DNA of 48,893 nucleotides from a virus (IMGVR_UViG_3300037313_000210:1-48893); one strand, 5' to 3'. Positions 33,693 through 44,546 are shown, numbered from the stretch's first letter. Made by a program: numbers and translations. Notes: generated by a model not told the origin, from the letters alone.

Positions 33693-33882
33693 GTACGTTG
33701 CACGAAGAATCCGATCAGACGAAGACGATCCAGGTGATTTCTGGTGGGAAGACATGCCAATGTCCCACGTACCCTACGTTGATGATTCGGCACTTGAGCC
33801 CACAGGTCTCGTCGACGCTGAAGGTATTCCTTTGTGGAGGCTGCCTAATCCGATTGGTTTCGGTCGAAAGCTTGAATGGTAA
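33685..33882 (+). CDS. Small hypothetical protein
   Basis: TTG overlapping the terL end; EPTGLVDAEGIPLWR…IGFGR; fills the terL-portal gap. Confidence 0.6.
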   Translation: MAKYVARRIRSDEDDPGDFWWEDMPMSHVPYVDDSALEPTGLVDAEGIPLWRLPNPIGFGRKLEW

Positions 33883-36116
33883 AGAAGACTAACAAAGAAT
33901 CCGACGTTAACATCGACGTTTCGTCCTTGAAGCTGCCCGACCCTGACGTCGCGGCAGTTCCTTCGTCGTATGCGCCTGAGGGTTTCAAAGACGCTCAGGA
34001 GTATCTGGACGATCTCCGCGAGACGTACGAACTCGATCTTCAGTACGACGACGACAACCGCAAGGCTGCGCTGGAGGACATGAAGTTCGTAGCAGGAGAG
34101 CAGTGGGAACCCCACGTTCTTCAACAGCGTCAAGGGCTGCCTTGCCTAGTAATTAACTCCATTCCCCAGTTTACGGCTCAGCTGACAGGCGACTGGCGAG
34201 AGAACCGAACAGGCATTAAGGTTCTTCCGGCTGAAGGTGGTGACAAGAACGTCGCAGACGTACGCTCCGATCTCATCCGTTCCATCGAAACTAAATCTCG
34301 CGCTGACAGAGTTTACACGTCAGCCTTCGAGTCGATGGTTCAGTGTGGAGACGGGGCGTTTCGTGTAGCAGTTCAGTACGCAAACGACGACACGTGGGAT
34401 CAAGACATCCTGCTCGGACAGATTGACGACCCTCTTTCGGTTGTTTGGGACAGACTCAGCATCGACCCGACCGGCAGGGACGCGTCTCACTGCTTCGTAG
34501 ACGACATCATTCCGCAGAAGGAATTCAAAAAGCGTTGGCCTGACACGAAGATTGCTTCGCTAGGCAACACCGAAAAGCGTTCTCTATACGCTACCGGTTG
34601 GATGGATGACAAAACCGTCCGAGTCACCGAACACTGGCGAATGGTTGAGCGCAAGCGTCTCCTCGTCATGTTTGAAGACGGGACGATTTACCCGTTCGAC
34701 GAAGGCGCAGAGTCCGAGTACGAAGGCTACATCCAAAAGCACGGCAAGCCGGTTAAGTCCCGGTTGTCCCCGTGTAGGTACGCTCAGATGCACCTCGTCA
34801 CTGGGTTCGACATTCTTGCAGGCCCGTTCGAATGGAAGCTGGACAGGCTTCCGATTGTTCGAATGTCGGGCAGAACCGTAACCGTTGGTGATCGCCGCGT
34901 CCGGTACGGCCTCGTCCGTTACATGAAAGACGCCGCAAGACTCCGTAATTTCTGGCGATCAGTCGCAGCGGAGCAACTGGGTTACGCACCCAAGGCTCAG
35001 TGGATTGGCCCTGAGAGTGCGTTCGAAGGACGTGAAGACGCGTGGAGAAAAGCCCACAAGATTCGCGATCCTCTTCTGATTTACAACGATGACGCACAGG
35101 CTCCGCCGGAACGCGTTGATCCTCCTGTGATGCAGACTGCCCTCCTCAACGAGGCGCAGATCAACACGCAGGACATGAAGGACATCACAGGAATCCACGA
35201 TGCTTCACTCGGTATTAAGAGCAATGAAACGTCTGGCAAAGCTATTATGGCCCGACAGCGAGAGGGTGACGTTGCTTCTCTGGCTTATTACGATAATGGT
35301 AATGCTGCTATCCTTGAGGCCGGAGATGTCATCAATCAGCTCATTGGTCAGATTTATGACGGCACCCGCATTGTTCGCATTATCGGTGAAGATGAGTCTG
35401 CTAAGCTCGTAACCATCAACGACGACAACAACCCTGATTCGCCCAATCTCGCAATCGGAAAGTACGACGTGGCAATCACCACGGGTGCTTCGTACACGAC
35501 CCGAAGGGTTGAGGCCGCTCAGGCCATGATGGACGCCATTCAGGTGTTCCCGGAACTGATGCAGGTTGCTGGAGACATCATAGTCAAGGCGCAGGATTGG
35601 CCGGGTGCTGACGAACTAGCCGAACGACTTCAAAAGACTGTTCCCCCGCAGCTGCTCTCCGATAAGGAGAAAGCTGAAATGGGAGAGCAAGGCCCTGACG
35701 TCAACGCAATCATGCAGCAACAGGCTCAAGTCCAAGAGCAAATGCAGCAGGCCATGCAGGAGCTACAGCAGCTTCAGCAGGAAAACCAGACCTTGAAGGT
35801 TAAGGCTGCTGCCAAGGACAAGGAGCTTGAAATTAAGGAGTACGAGGCTGAAACAGCCCGACTCGCTGCTTACGCTCAGATTCTCGCCAAGGGCGACGAA
35901 CTAGAAATCAAACGACTGGAGCAGGAAGCTCACCTTCAGATGGAGGCAGAGCAAGGCGAACACGACCGCACAATGGACGTGGCTAACGCAATCCAGACTG
36001 ACAACCATTTCCAGCAAGGTCAGCAAAATCAGCAGGCAATGCAGGACAACCAGCTACAAGCTCAGAAAGAGCAAGCAGCTTCGACCGCGAAGGCTTCAAC
36101 CCCACCTTCCGAATAA
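33876..36116 (+). CDS. Portal protein (P22-like)
   Basis: FVAGEQW, PCLVIN, YGLVRYMKDA, SNETSGKAI, GKYDV; Q-rich coiled-coil C-terminal barrel. Confidence 0.92.
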   Translation: MVKKTNKESDVNIDVSSLKLPDPDVAAVPSSYAPEGFKDAQEYLDDLRETYELDLQYDDDNRKAALEDMKFVAGEQWEPHVLQQRQGLPCLVINSIPQFTAQLTGDWRENRTGIKVLPAEGGDKNVADVRSDLIRSIETKSRADRVYTSAFESMVQCGDGAFRVAVQYANDDTWDQDILLGQIDDPLSVVWDRLSIDPTGRDASHCFVDDIIPQKEFKKRWPDTKIASLGNTEKRSLYATGWMDDKTVRVTEHWRMVERKRLLVMFEDGTIYPFDEGAESEYEGYIQKHGKPVKSRLSPCRYAQMHLVTGFDILAGPFEWKLDRLPIVRMSGRTVTVGDRRVRYGLVRYMKDAARLRNFWRSVAAEQLGYAPKAQWIGPESAFEGREDAWRKAHKIRDPLLIYNDDAQAPPERVDPPVMQTALLNEAQINTQDMKDITGIHDASLGIKSNETSGKAIMARQREGDVASLAYYDNGNAAILEAGDVINQLIGQIYDGTRIVRIIGEDESAKLVTINDDNNPDSPNLAIGKYDVAITTGASYTTRRVEAAQAMMDAIQVFPELMQVAGDIIVKAQDWPGADELAERLQKTVPPQLLSDKEKAEMGEQGPDVNAIMQQQAQVQEQMQQAMQELQQLQQENQTLKVKAAAKDKELEIKEYEAETARLAAYAQILAKGDELEIKRLEQEAHLQMEAEQGEHDRTMDVANAIQTDNHFQQGQQNQQAMQDNQLQAQKEQAASTAKASTPPSE

Positions 36117-36151
36117 GTCGCAACCGGGGACGTACCGAAAGGACGCCTTAA

Positions 36152-37180
36152 TTGACTACTGACGACAACAGTAATTCAGAAAATCTTGTCGATATGGACG
36201 ACCTCAACGCTTTTGAGGACGAGTTCTTCCAGCGGGAAAAGCCCGTTGACAAGGAGGACACGTCTGAAGAAGTTGACGAGGAAGTCTCTGAGGACGAGGA
36301 TGATCCCCTCGCAGCAGAAGAGGACACAGATGCCCCGGCAGAGACCGGGGATGAGGACGAAGTAGAGGAAGAGGACGACTCCGAAGAGGAGGAAGAGCCT
36401 CAGCCGAAACCGAAGCCAAAGTCAAAGGCTCAGCAAAGGATTGAAAAGCTCCTAGAGCGTGAGAGGCTAGCTAACGAACGGGCTAACACCCTTGAACAGC
36501 GGCTGGCTGCACTAGAGGCTCGAAACACAAAAGAGGAACCACGTGAAGAGCAGGCTCCTGCCCTCCGTGATCAGCTTCCCGCTGACGCTCCTAATCCAGA
36601 CGCCAAGGACAAAGACGGTAATCCGCTCTATCCCCTAGGCGAGTTTGATCCTCAGTTCATTCGTGACTTCACACAGTTCACGATTGACGAACAAATGAAG
36701 ATCAAACAGGAAAAGGAACAGCGAGAAGCCCAAGAACGAATGGTAGCCGAACAGCGTAGTGCGATCCAGAACAACTGGCACACGAAACTGGAGGCGGCTG
36801 AAGAGGAAATCCCCGACATTCGAGAGAGTATCTCGGACCTAGTGGACACTTTTCAGAACGTCGAACCGGCTTACGGTGAATACTTGGCATCTGTGATCAT
36901 GGCGAGCGATCTCGGCCCGCAACTCATGTACTACCTCTCTCAAAATATCGGCGAGGCCCAGAAAATCGTTGCCTCTGGACCTGCTGCTGCCACTCTTGCC
37001 CTCGGACGGTTGGAAGCCCGACTGACTCCGCAGAGTAAATCAGAGAAGCGCAACACCAAGAGAGAGTCCGAAGCTCCTCGTCCGCCCGAAGCCCGCACTC
37101 GCGGTGCCGGAGGTCGGTTCTCGATCAGCCCGGACACTGATGATCTAGATGCCTTCGAACGAGAATTCTTCAAGAAGTAA
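36152..37180 (+). CDS. Scaffolding protein
   Basis: Acidic N-terminus, AQQRIEKL coiled coil, GPQLMYYL, between portal and coat. Confidence 0.85.
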   Translation: MTTDDNSNSENLVDMDDLNAFEDEFFQREKPVDKEDTSEEVDEEVSEDEDDPLAAEEDTDAPAETGDEDEVEEEDDSEEEEEPQPKPKPKSKAQQRIEKLLERERLANERANTLEQRLAALEARNTKEEPREEQAPALRDQLPADAPNPDAKDKDGNPLYPLGEFDPQFIRDFTQFTIDEQMKIKQEKEQREAQERMVAEQRSAIQNNWHTKLEAAEEEIPDIRESISDLVDTFQNVEPAYGEYLASVIMASDLGPQLMYYLSQNIGEAQKIVASGPAAATLALGRLEARLTPQSKSEKRNTKRESEAPRPPEARTRGAGGRFSISPDTDDLDAFEREFFKK

Positions 37181-37232
37181 CTCATCGTCGCGAAGGTCAC
37201 TTTTCAAACGATAGAAAGGACTACTGTAGCTA

Positions 37233-38525
37233 ATGGCTACTATTACTGTTGACCAACAGAAGTTGGTTATGAATGCCTTCGCGGCTACTTTCCAGAATAA
37301 CCTGCTTGCCAAGGACGTTGTGACTTGGAAGCAGTACAACACTGAGATGGACGACCGCAACGGCCTTAAGGTTGCCGAGCAGGTTGGCCCCCGTTACGTT
37401 GTCACTCAGACGACCAACGGTGTTGCTGATCTTTCCTCGGGTGTTCAGGACAGCGTGTTCGGTTCCGAGCAGTTCGTCGTGAACAAGACGTTTGGTTCGT
37501 CAATGGGTTGGGCTGACTTCGTTAAGATTCGCGACATCGGCGAAGCTCGCGAGTCGGTTGCCCTCAAGAACGCTGCGACTCAGCTTGCCGAGCAGATCGA
37601 CAAGTACATCCTCGGCGTTGCTCAGCTGGCCTCCAACATGGAAGTCGGTACGGCCGGTAACTCGGTTGCCGCTTGGTCGGACGTCGCTACTGCGTACACC
37701 CGCCTAAAGAAGGAAGGTGTCGAGGACAGCGGCCTTCGTCTGGTGCTCAACTACGACGACCAGCAGGCCCTCGGCAGCTCGATCCTGAGCTACGCGGCTC
37801 CTGACGCTCTCGTCACCGGTGCGTATCGCGGCGGCTTCAAGGGTGAGGTCGCGGGTATCCCGACGATGTTCACTCAGCAGCTCGGTAACATCACCCCCGG
37901 TACTCGTACCAACGGTGCTGTGAATGGTGCGACGCAGAACGTCAACTACAAGGACGTCGCTGTTTCGGGTGCTCCGGGTCAGTACAAGACTCAGACGCTC
38001 GCCTGCGACGGCTTTGGTGCCAACGCGACCATCAAGGACGGTGAAATCTTCACCATCGCCGGTGTGTACGCGTACGACCAGCGCGCTCAGCAGAGCCTTG
38101 CTCCCCTCCTTCAGCAGTTCCGCGTCGTGGGTGACGCCACTGCCGACGGTACGGGTGCGGTTGCCGCTCTCCGCATTTATCCGGCGATCATCGTTCCGGA
38201 CGGCGGTATCACGGGCAATCAGGCTCACGCGACCGTTGCCTCGGCCCCGGCTGACAATGCGGTTATCACGTGGCGTGGTACGGCCAGCACGGCTTACAAG
38301 CCGCGTCTGATGATCGACAAGCAGGCGATTATCGTCAACACTGCCGATCTGATCATGCCCGCGACGGGTACTGCGATGCGCAAGGCGCTTACGCAGGTTC
38401 CGCTCAGCGTCCGCATGTGGCAGGACAGCACCTTTGCGACGGGCTCGCATCAGGTTCGTTTCGACGTTGCCCTTACGGCTAACGTCCACGACCGACTGCG
38501 CTCCATCCGCCTCAACGGCGCTTAA
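37233..38525 (+). CDS. Major capsid protein (P22 coat-like)
   Basis: 430 aa, strong codon bias, GAAQ/GEIFTIAGV insertion domain, IYPAI; followed by a terminator. Confidence 0.92.
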   Translation: MATITVDQQKLVMNAFAATFQNNLLAKDVVTWKQYNTEMDDRNGLKVAEQVGPRYVVTQTTNGVADLSSGVQDSVFGSEQFVVNKTFGSSMGWADFVKIRDIGEARESVALKNAATQLAEQIDKYILGVAQLASNMEVGTAGNSVAAWSDVATAYTRLKKEGVEDSGLRLVLNYDDQQALGSSILSYAAPDALVTGAYRGGFKGEVAGIPTMFTQQLGNITPGTRTNGAVNGATQNVNYKDVAVSGAPGQYKTQTLACDGFGANATIKDGEIFTIAGVYAYDQRAQQSLAPLLQQFRVVGDATADGTGAVAALRIYPAIIVPDGGITGNQAHATVASAPADNAVITWRGTASTAYKPRLMIDKQAIIVNTADLIMPATGTAMRKALTQVPLSVRMWQDSTFATGSHQVRFDVALTANVHDRLRSIRLNGA

Positions 38526-38533
38526 GTTTGACT

Positions 38534-38570
38534 GGGAGGGGTTCTGTTCCGGGGCCCCTCCCTTTCATTC
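38534..38570 (+). terminator. Probable intrinsic terminator after the coat gene
   Basis: GGGAGGGGTTCT-GTTCC-GGGGCCCCTCCC stem with a short T-rich tail. Confidence 0.65.
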
Positions 38571-38599
38571 ACTAATAGTATTTTCTTGGAGACGTTATT

Positions 38600-38857
38600 T
38601 TGAAAGTTCGTGAACTTTATCGTCCGAAGCGAATGGCCGCCTCAGGAACGCTGGTTGCAATCGGCGGTGCAGTGGGCGGCTTTCTCTGTACCACAGGCGG
38701 CACAATTCAAATCACCGCTGGTGAAGCCTCCGGCGGTTCTGACATTGTTTCGTCCATCACGGTGACTGCTGGTCAGTTCTACCCGATGGGCTTTTTCTGT
38801 GAAACCGGTGCCTACGCAGTTCTAGGCGGGGGCGCAGTTGGGACGTTCTTGGTCTAA
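38600..38857 (+). CDS. Small putative virion protein
   Basis: GGAG SD + TTG; G/T/A-rich beta-type sequence. Confidence 0.7.
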   Translation: MKVRELYRPKRMAASGTLVAIGGAVGGFLCTTGGTIQITAGEASGGSDIVSSITVTAGQFYPMGFFCETGAYAVLGGGAVGTFLV

Positions 38858-38861
38858 AAGA

Positions 38862-41800
38862 ATGAGAAAGCGCAAGGTCCAAATTCCGGTAATTGGTACA
38901 GGTGGTGGAGGAGTAACTCCTTCAACCATTCTGTACGGCCGTCAAGACGGTTACTCGTCTGGCGTACTGTTTGACTACCACGTTAATACGTCGGGCAGTG
39001 ACACCACCGGTGACGGGTCCTTGCTTAATCCTTACAGAACTCCGACTAAGGCTCACGCCGTTGCTGCCGCAGCCGGAGGAAACAAGAAAATCGCCCTGCA
39101 CGGAACAGGTCCGTACACTGATTCTGTGGTTTGCACGACTAACGGAATCGAATTCCACGGGTACGACACCGATCAACCTAAGTGGTACGGCTCTTACACC
39201 GTAACAGGTTTTACGCAGTGTGTTGCCGGGGACGCAACCGTTGTAGGTTCTAACTACGCCAGTATTTACAAAGCGACTTTTGCAACCTCTAACCTAGATT
39301 CCACGGTTTCCTTTAACAGTCTCATTCCACTTGAAAATGGAACGCCACTTAATTTAGTCCAGCTTCGTCACGACACGAGTGACCTGTACTTTCAAGACGC
39401 AATCTCAGATTTTTACTCTTCGAAGCTGTACGGCGACAGCGTAACGATTGCGGAGACGGCAACCGATCTCACCACCATTACTCACGCAGCCGTACTTGGT
39501 AACGGAACCGCTCCTTACACTGACGCTCAGTTGTCAAACTGTTCGGTAATGGTTCACGTCCAAGCTAACAAAGCACAGTTAGTCAAGGTAACGTCTTCAG
39601 GCGGTGTTCTGACTTGTGCGGCGGGCAACGGGCTGCAAAAAGAAGCCACCGACGACAACCGATACTCGCTGTTGAATCTTTTGCCCGCGCTGTCCGTGGG
39701 GCAGTACGGCGTTAAGGACAACGGCGATGGAACGTGGACGATCTACGTTTGGCCGAACAATCCGGCAAACCTTTCTTCGGGTCTTCCGATTGCGTCCAAG
39801 TCCAACATCCTGATGTTTTCGCAGTGTTCAAACAACAAAGTATCGAACATTGAGTTTGGACACTGTGCTTACTCCGGAACGACTGTTACTCTTGGGGCTT
39901 TGGTCTTAGACAGGACCACCAGCGCAGACATTCGCCAGAACACCGTTCAGTACTGCGGTTACAAAGACTTCATCGGAAACGCCGCTATTGTGGTGGTTGG
40001 TGGAACTAGTAACAACATTCAGTACAACACTACTAAAAACATTCAGAACGACTTTGGCTTCTATTTCACCAAGTCGTCTTACACGGCTACGGGCAACCGT
40101 TGCCTAAACAACTACGCCTACAGGACGTCTCTAACCGCTTTCCGCTTCTACGGTCAAACGCTCGTTGCAGTTGTAGACAACAAGGCAGAGAACTGTGGTG
40201 AAGGCGGACACGCCAACAAGATGAACTTCTATCTAGGTTCTGATCAGGTTCTCGCGTGGCGCAACGTATTCATTAACTGTGGTGGTTACATGACACCGCA
40301 GCAGTCGTCTCGAATGCTGTTCGGCATGAACTTGTGTCCGGCAGATATGACCAGTGACGACGACAGAGCCTTTGTGGATCAGACGGGTGACATCGCCCCC
40401 GCTGTTCCTACCAACCCTTCGAACAACGGCATCATCAACAACGCCTTCCCCAAACCCCAAGGAAACACGGGAACAACTAACAGCCTAGACGCAAGCAACG
40501 CCAGTACGAGTTACACCGTTAACTGGGAAATTGCCAACAACGTAGCCAACGGCATTGATTATTCCGACGTGGTTTCTACACCAGACTACAACGTTCTGAC
40601 TACCGGTGTGGCCATTGGCACACACGACACCGTTGAAACCAATTCTGACAATCTTTTCTACGACTACTCCACTGGTAACTGGAACACCGTTCCGGGGTCA
40701 ATCCTAACCACCAAGACGGGCAAAGACGAAAGCACGTTTATTTCTACGTGGGAGACGTGGTTCCCTGACATCAACCTTCGTCAGACACTAAACGGATACA
40801 CTTGGGACCCTGCCGATCCGGGCGTCGGTCCTTACGGAAAACACTGGCCGGTCCAGATTGATGTTACAGCCCCCGTTCTTTCTAGTCTGTCGGCTCCGGT
40901 CACCGGGACTTCGGCTTCCGTCACGGTTACTACTAACGAACGGGCCGGAACTATTTACTGGGTGCGGTACAACGGCGGCACGGTTCCAACAGGTGTTCAA
41001 ATCGTTGCTGGACTAGACAGCGCAGGCAATGCCGCCTTGTCTTCTGGAACCGTATCTGTAACCAATCCGGGGACTTACGGTCCTTGGTCTGTGTCTGGAA
41101 CCAGCGGTCAAACAGACACACTGGCTGTTGTTCACAAAGACAGAAGTGGAAACATCTCAACTCCGGTAACGGCAAGCCTTGCCTTTGCTTCTTTCAGTGA
41201 AGTCTGGACTAGCATGAACGGGACGAACTTCCCACGGAAGGCTTCGGCCTTGACTGGGTTCCAGACTACTACTAGAAAAGTAATCGCTGCAATTACACTC
41301 AGCCGATCTGCTTCTCAGCTAACTACGTTGAGTTCTGGAGGTTTGATCGCCGCAAACGGTTCTTCAGACAGTGTTCCCACTTGGACGTTAGGCAACACCA
41401 GTAAACTCCAAATTCTTCAAGAGAAGTCGGACAACACTGCCTTTGCAAACGTGATCGTTCCTCCTTCGACGAACATGGTTGCAGATACGCATTACCTGCT
41501 TCTAATCTGTTTCCAGTCGAACGGAACTAACGCGACTCTCAACGCTACACTGTGGAACGTAGCAACTGGAGCACAACTAGGCGGTACGGGAACCACTGGA
41601 TCGGTTGCCGGAGACATTAGCCTAGTGTTCAAAAACAACTATGACATTTTCAAAGGACCAGCAACCTACGAACGGTTCATGCTGTGGGATAATCCGAGTA
41701 TTGCTTCTCCAGACGCTACAGACGCGACGCTGCGCGGTTACTTCATGTCGGGCGGAGCCCTGCGTGATCCCGCCATTGCAGCCACTAATCTAGGAACGCC

Positions 41801-41891
41801 TCTAGTAAGCCTGAGTGGTAGCGCGCTTGCCGTTGCTTCAGGAGCTACTGTAACAAATGCCGGTTCTGGCGGCAACTTCGTGATGACCTAA
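38862..41891 (+). CDS. Large beta-helix spike/depolymerase with C-terminal Ig-like and lectin-like regions
   Basis: YHVNTSGSDTTGDGSLLNPYRT pectin-lyase-type start, Asn-rich repeats, DVTAPVLS…TTNE…GTIYW Ig-like segment. Confidence 0.75.
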   Translation: MRKRKVQIPVIGTGGGGVTPSTILYGRQDGYSSGVLFDYHVNTSGSDTTGDGSLLNPYRTPTKAHAVAAAAGGNKKIALHGTGPYTDSVVCTTNGIEFHGYDTDQPKWYGSYTVTGFTQCVAGDATVVGSNYASIYKATFATSNLDSTVSFNSLIPLENGTPLNLVQLRHDTSDLYFQDAISDFYSSKLYGDSVTIAETATDLTTITHAAVLGNGTAPYTDAQLSNCSVMVHVQANKAQLVKVTSSGGVLTCAAGNGLQKEATDDNRYSLLNLLPALSVGQYGVKDNGDGTWTIYVWPNNPANLSSGLPIASKSNILMFSQCSNNKVSNIEFGHCAYSGTTVTLGALVLDRTTSADIRQNTVQYCGYKDFIGNAAIVVVGGTSNNIQYNTTKNIQNDFGFYFTKSSYTATGNRCLNNYAYRTSLTAFRFYGQTLVAVVDNKAENCGEGGHANKMNFYLGSDQVLAWRNVFINCGGYMTPQQSSRMLFGMNLCPADMTSDDDRAFVDQTGDIAPAVPTNPSNNGIINNAFPKPQGNTGTTNSLDASNASTSYTVNWEIANNVANGIDYSDVVSTPDYNVLTTGVAIGTHDTVETNSDNLFYDYSTGNWNTVPGSILTTKTGKDESTFISTWETWFPDINLRQTLNGYTWDPADPGVGPYGKHWPVQIDVTAPVLSSLSAPVTGTSASVTVTTNERAGTIYWVRYNGGTVPTGVQIVAGLDSAGNAALSSGTVSVTNPGTYGPWSVSGTSGQTDTLAVVHKDRSGNISTPVTASLAFASFSEVWTSMNGTNFPRKASALTGFQTTTRKVIAAITLSRSASQLTTLSSGGLIAANGSSDSVPTWTLGNTSKLQILQEKSDNTAFANVIVPPSTNMVADTHYLLLICFQSNGTNATLNATLWNVATGAQLGGTGTTGSVAGDISLVFKNNYDIFKGPATYERFMLWDNPSIASPDATDATLRGYFMSGGALRDPAIAATNLGTPLVSLSGSALAVASGATVTNAGSGGNFVMT

Positions 41892-41903
41892 GGAGTTTTA
41901 CGT

Positions 41904-43784
41904 TTGAAGATTATCTACATCCCCAATCGAATTATTGACTCCGACGGCATTGCTGACGGAGCCACTGTTCACGTGTATCAAAGCGGAACGACCACGCACG
42001 TCAACATTTACTCTGATCCTACGTACGCAACTCCAATGGCGAATCCGTTTACGGTAGGGGCGGGGGCTGAATTTCCTACCGTTTACACCAGTTATTCCGG
42101 AGACGTCCGCCTTTACATTGAGAACGTTTACTCTGGAGAAATTCAGGACACCGATCCTTATAACCTAAGCGTCTTGTCTGAGACTGGTTTTGTTTTCGCT
42201 AAGGACTACGGGGTTTCTTCGTCTTCTTCTGACAACTACGCAGCCCTGACTACGGCCATTGCCGGAGCCCGCGCAGCCAAGAAGCCCTTGATGCTTCCGG
42301 CCGGAACCCTGACGATCAATCAGGCGTCTCCAAACTTCGCCCTTGAAAGTTACGACCAGATTTACGGCATCAGGGGTTTGACTCAAATCCTCTGCACCGG
42401 GCTTGGCCCAACGGGCGAGCTTTTCTCTGCAACTGGTAAAACCGGAATTCGACTAAGTGGTTTTAAAATCGCAGCTAGCGTTCTTCAAACTAACGGTCAG
42501 GTCGCAGTTTCATTAAAAGACTGCACTGACTGTGTTGTTGAGGACTGTATCTTTGACAAGTGGACTGACAGTGTAATCTTTTGGACTGCATTGGTTACGG
42601 GACCCGTTCCCCCTCAGTCAACCAACTGTCGTAACAAAGCGATTCGCTGTGTTTCTCTTTCCAGTCGGCAGTATGGGTTCTACATGAACTTCGCAACCGC
42701 CTGCGAATTCTTGAATTGTGAAGCTTATAATTCATCTGCCTACGACGGATTTAAAACCGGCGGCGGAACGATGTTCGCTAAAATCAGCGGATGCCACTCA
42801 GAAGGAAATGCAGGAGACGGTTTCGACACTTACGACGGCTTTATTGCTTCTACGATTTCTGACTGCACTTCTTACAACAACACTTCAAACGGTTTTCAAT
42901 TCAAGGGAACGTTTGATGGGACTTACACAGCTGGCGACTATGTGACTCGTGAGAGCACTTACAGCGGCCTCGTGGCAAAAGGAAATGGGCTTGCTGGATT
43001 CCTGTTTCAGGAAATGCGGTTGGGGGCGGCCTCTGGCCTGTCTGCTTCTCGAAATGGCACCAGCGGAATCGTAGTTAACAACGTTCAGGGAATGGCTTTC
43101 TCTGGCTGTTCCGCAACCCGAAACACTCAACACGGTTGGAGCATTATCGGAGGCACATCTCGTTGTGTGTTTTCTGGTTGTGTTGCACTGGACAACAGTT
43201 GGGTTGACGGGACCACTCAGAACGGAACTTACGACGGTTGGAATATCAGTTCTGCCTCGACTTGCTGGTTTAACGGTTGTATCAGTAACAACGGCACGGC
43301 AGCGGGACTGCTTGGTGGACAGGGCTACGGATTTAACCTACTGACGTCAACTGGTAACACCTTTAGTGGTGGTGGCTGTTCGACCAATGTAACTGGCGCA
43401 GTTGGTGGAACTAGCCCACTTACCGGTAACAATTTCTTCGGTTTCGATTTAGCCAGCCAACCCCTAACTACCCCGAGCGTTCAGGCTGTCGCTTCTGCTG
43501 CCACAGTTACTCCGACCTTCGGAAACGATTTGGTTAAGGTGACTGCGCAGGCGGTGGCACTCACGTTGGCCAATCCAACAGGTACGGCAGTTAGTGGAAA
43601 ACGGTTGACCATTCGTCTGAAGGACAACGGAACGGGTCAGACAATTGCGTATGGGACGCAGTACCGGGCCGTTGGTGTTACTCTGCCCACTACTACGGTG
43701 GCCAACAAAACACACTACTTGGAGATGGTTTACAACTCTGACGCTACTAAGTGGGACGTAATTCGGGTTAATCAGGAAGCCTAA
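41904..43784 (+). CDS. Tailspike with pectate-lyase-like beta-helix
   Basis: N-terminal VYQSGTT…IYSD…NPF attachment domain; AKDYGV…DNYAAL…PAGT; repeated N-x-x-x-G rungs. Confidence 0.82.
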   Translation: MKIIYIPNRIIDSDGIADGATVHVYQSGTTTHVNIYSDPTYATPMANPFTVGAGAEFPTVYTSYSGDVRLYIENVYSGEIQDTDPYNLSVLSETGFVFAKDYGVSSSSSDNYAALTTAIAGARAAKKPLMLPAGTLTINQASPNFALESYDQIYGIRGLTQILCTGLGPTGELFSATGKTGIRLSGFKIAASVLQTNGQVAVSLKDCTDCVVEDCIFDKWTDSVIFWTALVTGPVPPQSTNCRNKAIRCVSLSSRQYGFYMNFATACEFLNCEAYNSSAYDGFKTGGGTMFAKISGCHSEGNAGDGFDTYDGFIASTISDCTSYNNTSNGFQFKGTFDGTYTAGDYVTRESTYSGLVAKGNGLAGFLFQEMRLGAASGLSASRNGTSGIVVNNVQGMAFSGCSATRNTQHGWSIIGGTSRCVFSGCVALDNSWVDGTTQNGTYDGWNISSASTCWFNGCISNNGTAAGLLGGQGYGFNLLTSTGNTFSGGGCSTNVTGAVGGTSPLTGNNFFGFDLASQPLTTPSVQAVASAATVTPTFGNDLVKVTAQAVALTLANPTGTAVSGKRLTIRLKDNGTGQTIAYGTQYRAVGVTLPTTTVANKTHYLEMVYNSDATKWDVIRVNQEA

Positions 43785-43787
43785 CAA

Positions 43788-44540
43788 TTGAGCACAATTC
43801 GTAAACTTGTAACCAAAGGCTTTCGTGAGGCCGGTATCATTGAAGTCGGAGGAGAGCCTGACGCCGATGAACTCGACGAGGGCCTTGACCTTCTTCAGGG
43901 GCTTTACTCCAGCTTCTTCGGTAACGAACTCGGTGAACCTCTCGTCAGTGTTAACTACGGCTCGGGAGGGCTAACCAACACGTATGCGATAGCCGAAGAT
44001 CAGTCTCCGGTAATTAACTCTGTGTACGTACCGGAGAACGTCCGGCTGGTTCTAAATCTAGAGGCAGCCGTTACTCTGTACCTTCACCCTAATCCAAAGG
44101 ACGGGGCAAGACTAGGAATCCTCGACAGCCGAGGAAACCTCAACACGTACAACGTCACTGTTAATCCCAACGGCAGACTGTTTGGTGGTGCTGCATCTTC
44201 TGTGCTAAACACGGCTTCACTTAACAAAGAGTATTTCTACCGAGCTGATCTCGGCGACTGGAAACCTGTAGTTGATCTCGCCCTCGGAGACGACAGCCCA
44301 CTTCCCCGTGAGTTTGACGACTTCCTGACCACGGCTCTGGCCATTCGCCTTAACCCGAGATACGGGGCGCAGACGTCGCAAGAAGTGTCAGACGTTCTAA
44401 CTCGCATGAAGCGACAGTTCCGGGCTCGGTACAGACAAGAACAAGAGGTTTCGTCCGAAGACGGAATCACCAGACTGCCGAGTAATCCCTACTGGGCTTT
44501 CAACTCCAACGATCTAAGTAACTTCGCAAAAGGTCGATAA
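43788..44540 (+). CDS. Head-tail adaptor (P22 gp4-like) with internal insertion
   Basis: GFREAGII…GGEPDADELDEGL N-terminus, LAIRLNPRYG C-terminus; precedes the tail hub. Confidence 0.7.
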   Translation: MSTIRKLVTKGFREAGIIEVGGEPDADELDEGLDLLQGLYSSFFGNELGEPLVSVNYGSGGLTNTYAIAEDQSPVINSVYVPENVRLVLNLEAAVTLYLHPNPKDGARLGILDSRGNLNTYNVTVNPNGRLFGGAASSVLNTASLNKEYFYRADLGDWKPVVDLALGDDSPLPREFDDFLTTALAIRLNPRYGAQTSQEVSDVLTRMKRQFRARYRQEQEVSSEDGITRLPSNPYWAFNSNDLSNFAKGR

Positions 44541-44546
44541 CTAACC

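Noticed and set aside
37704-38489. 261-aa - strand ORF opposite the capsid gene
   Set aside because: Antisense shadow of a strongly biased CDS.
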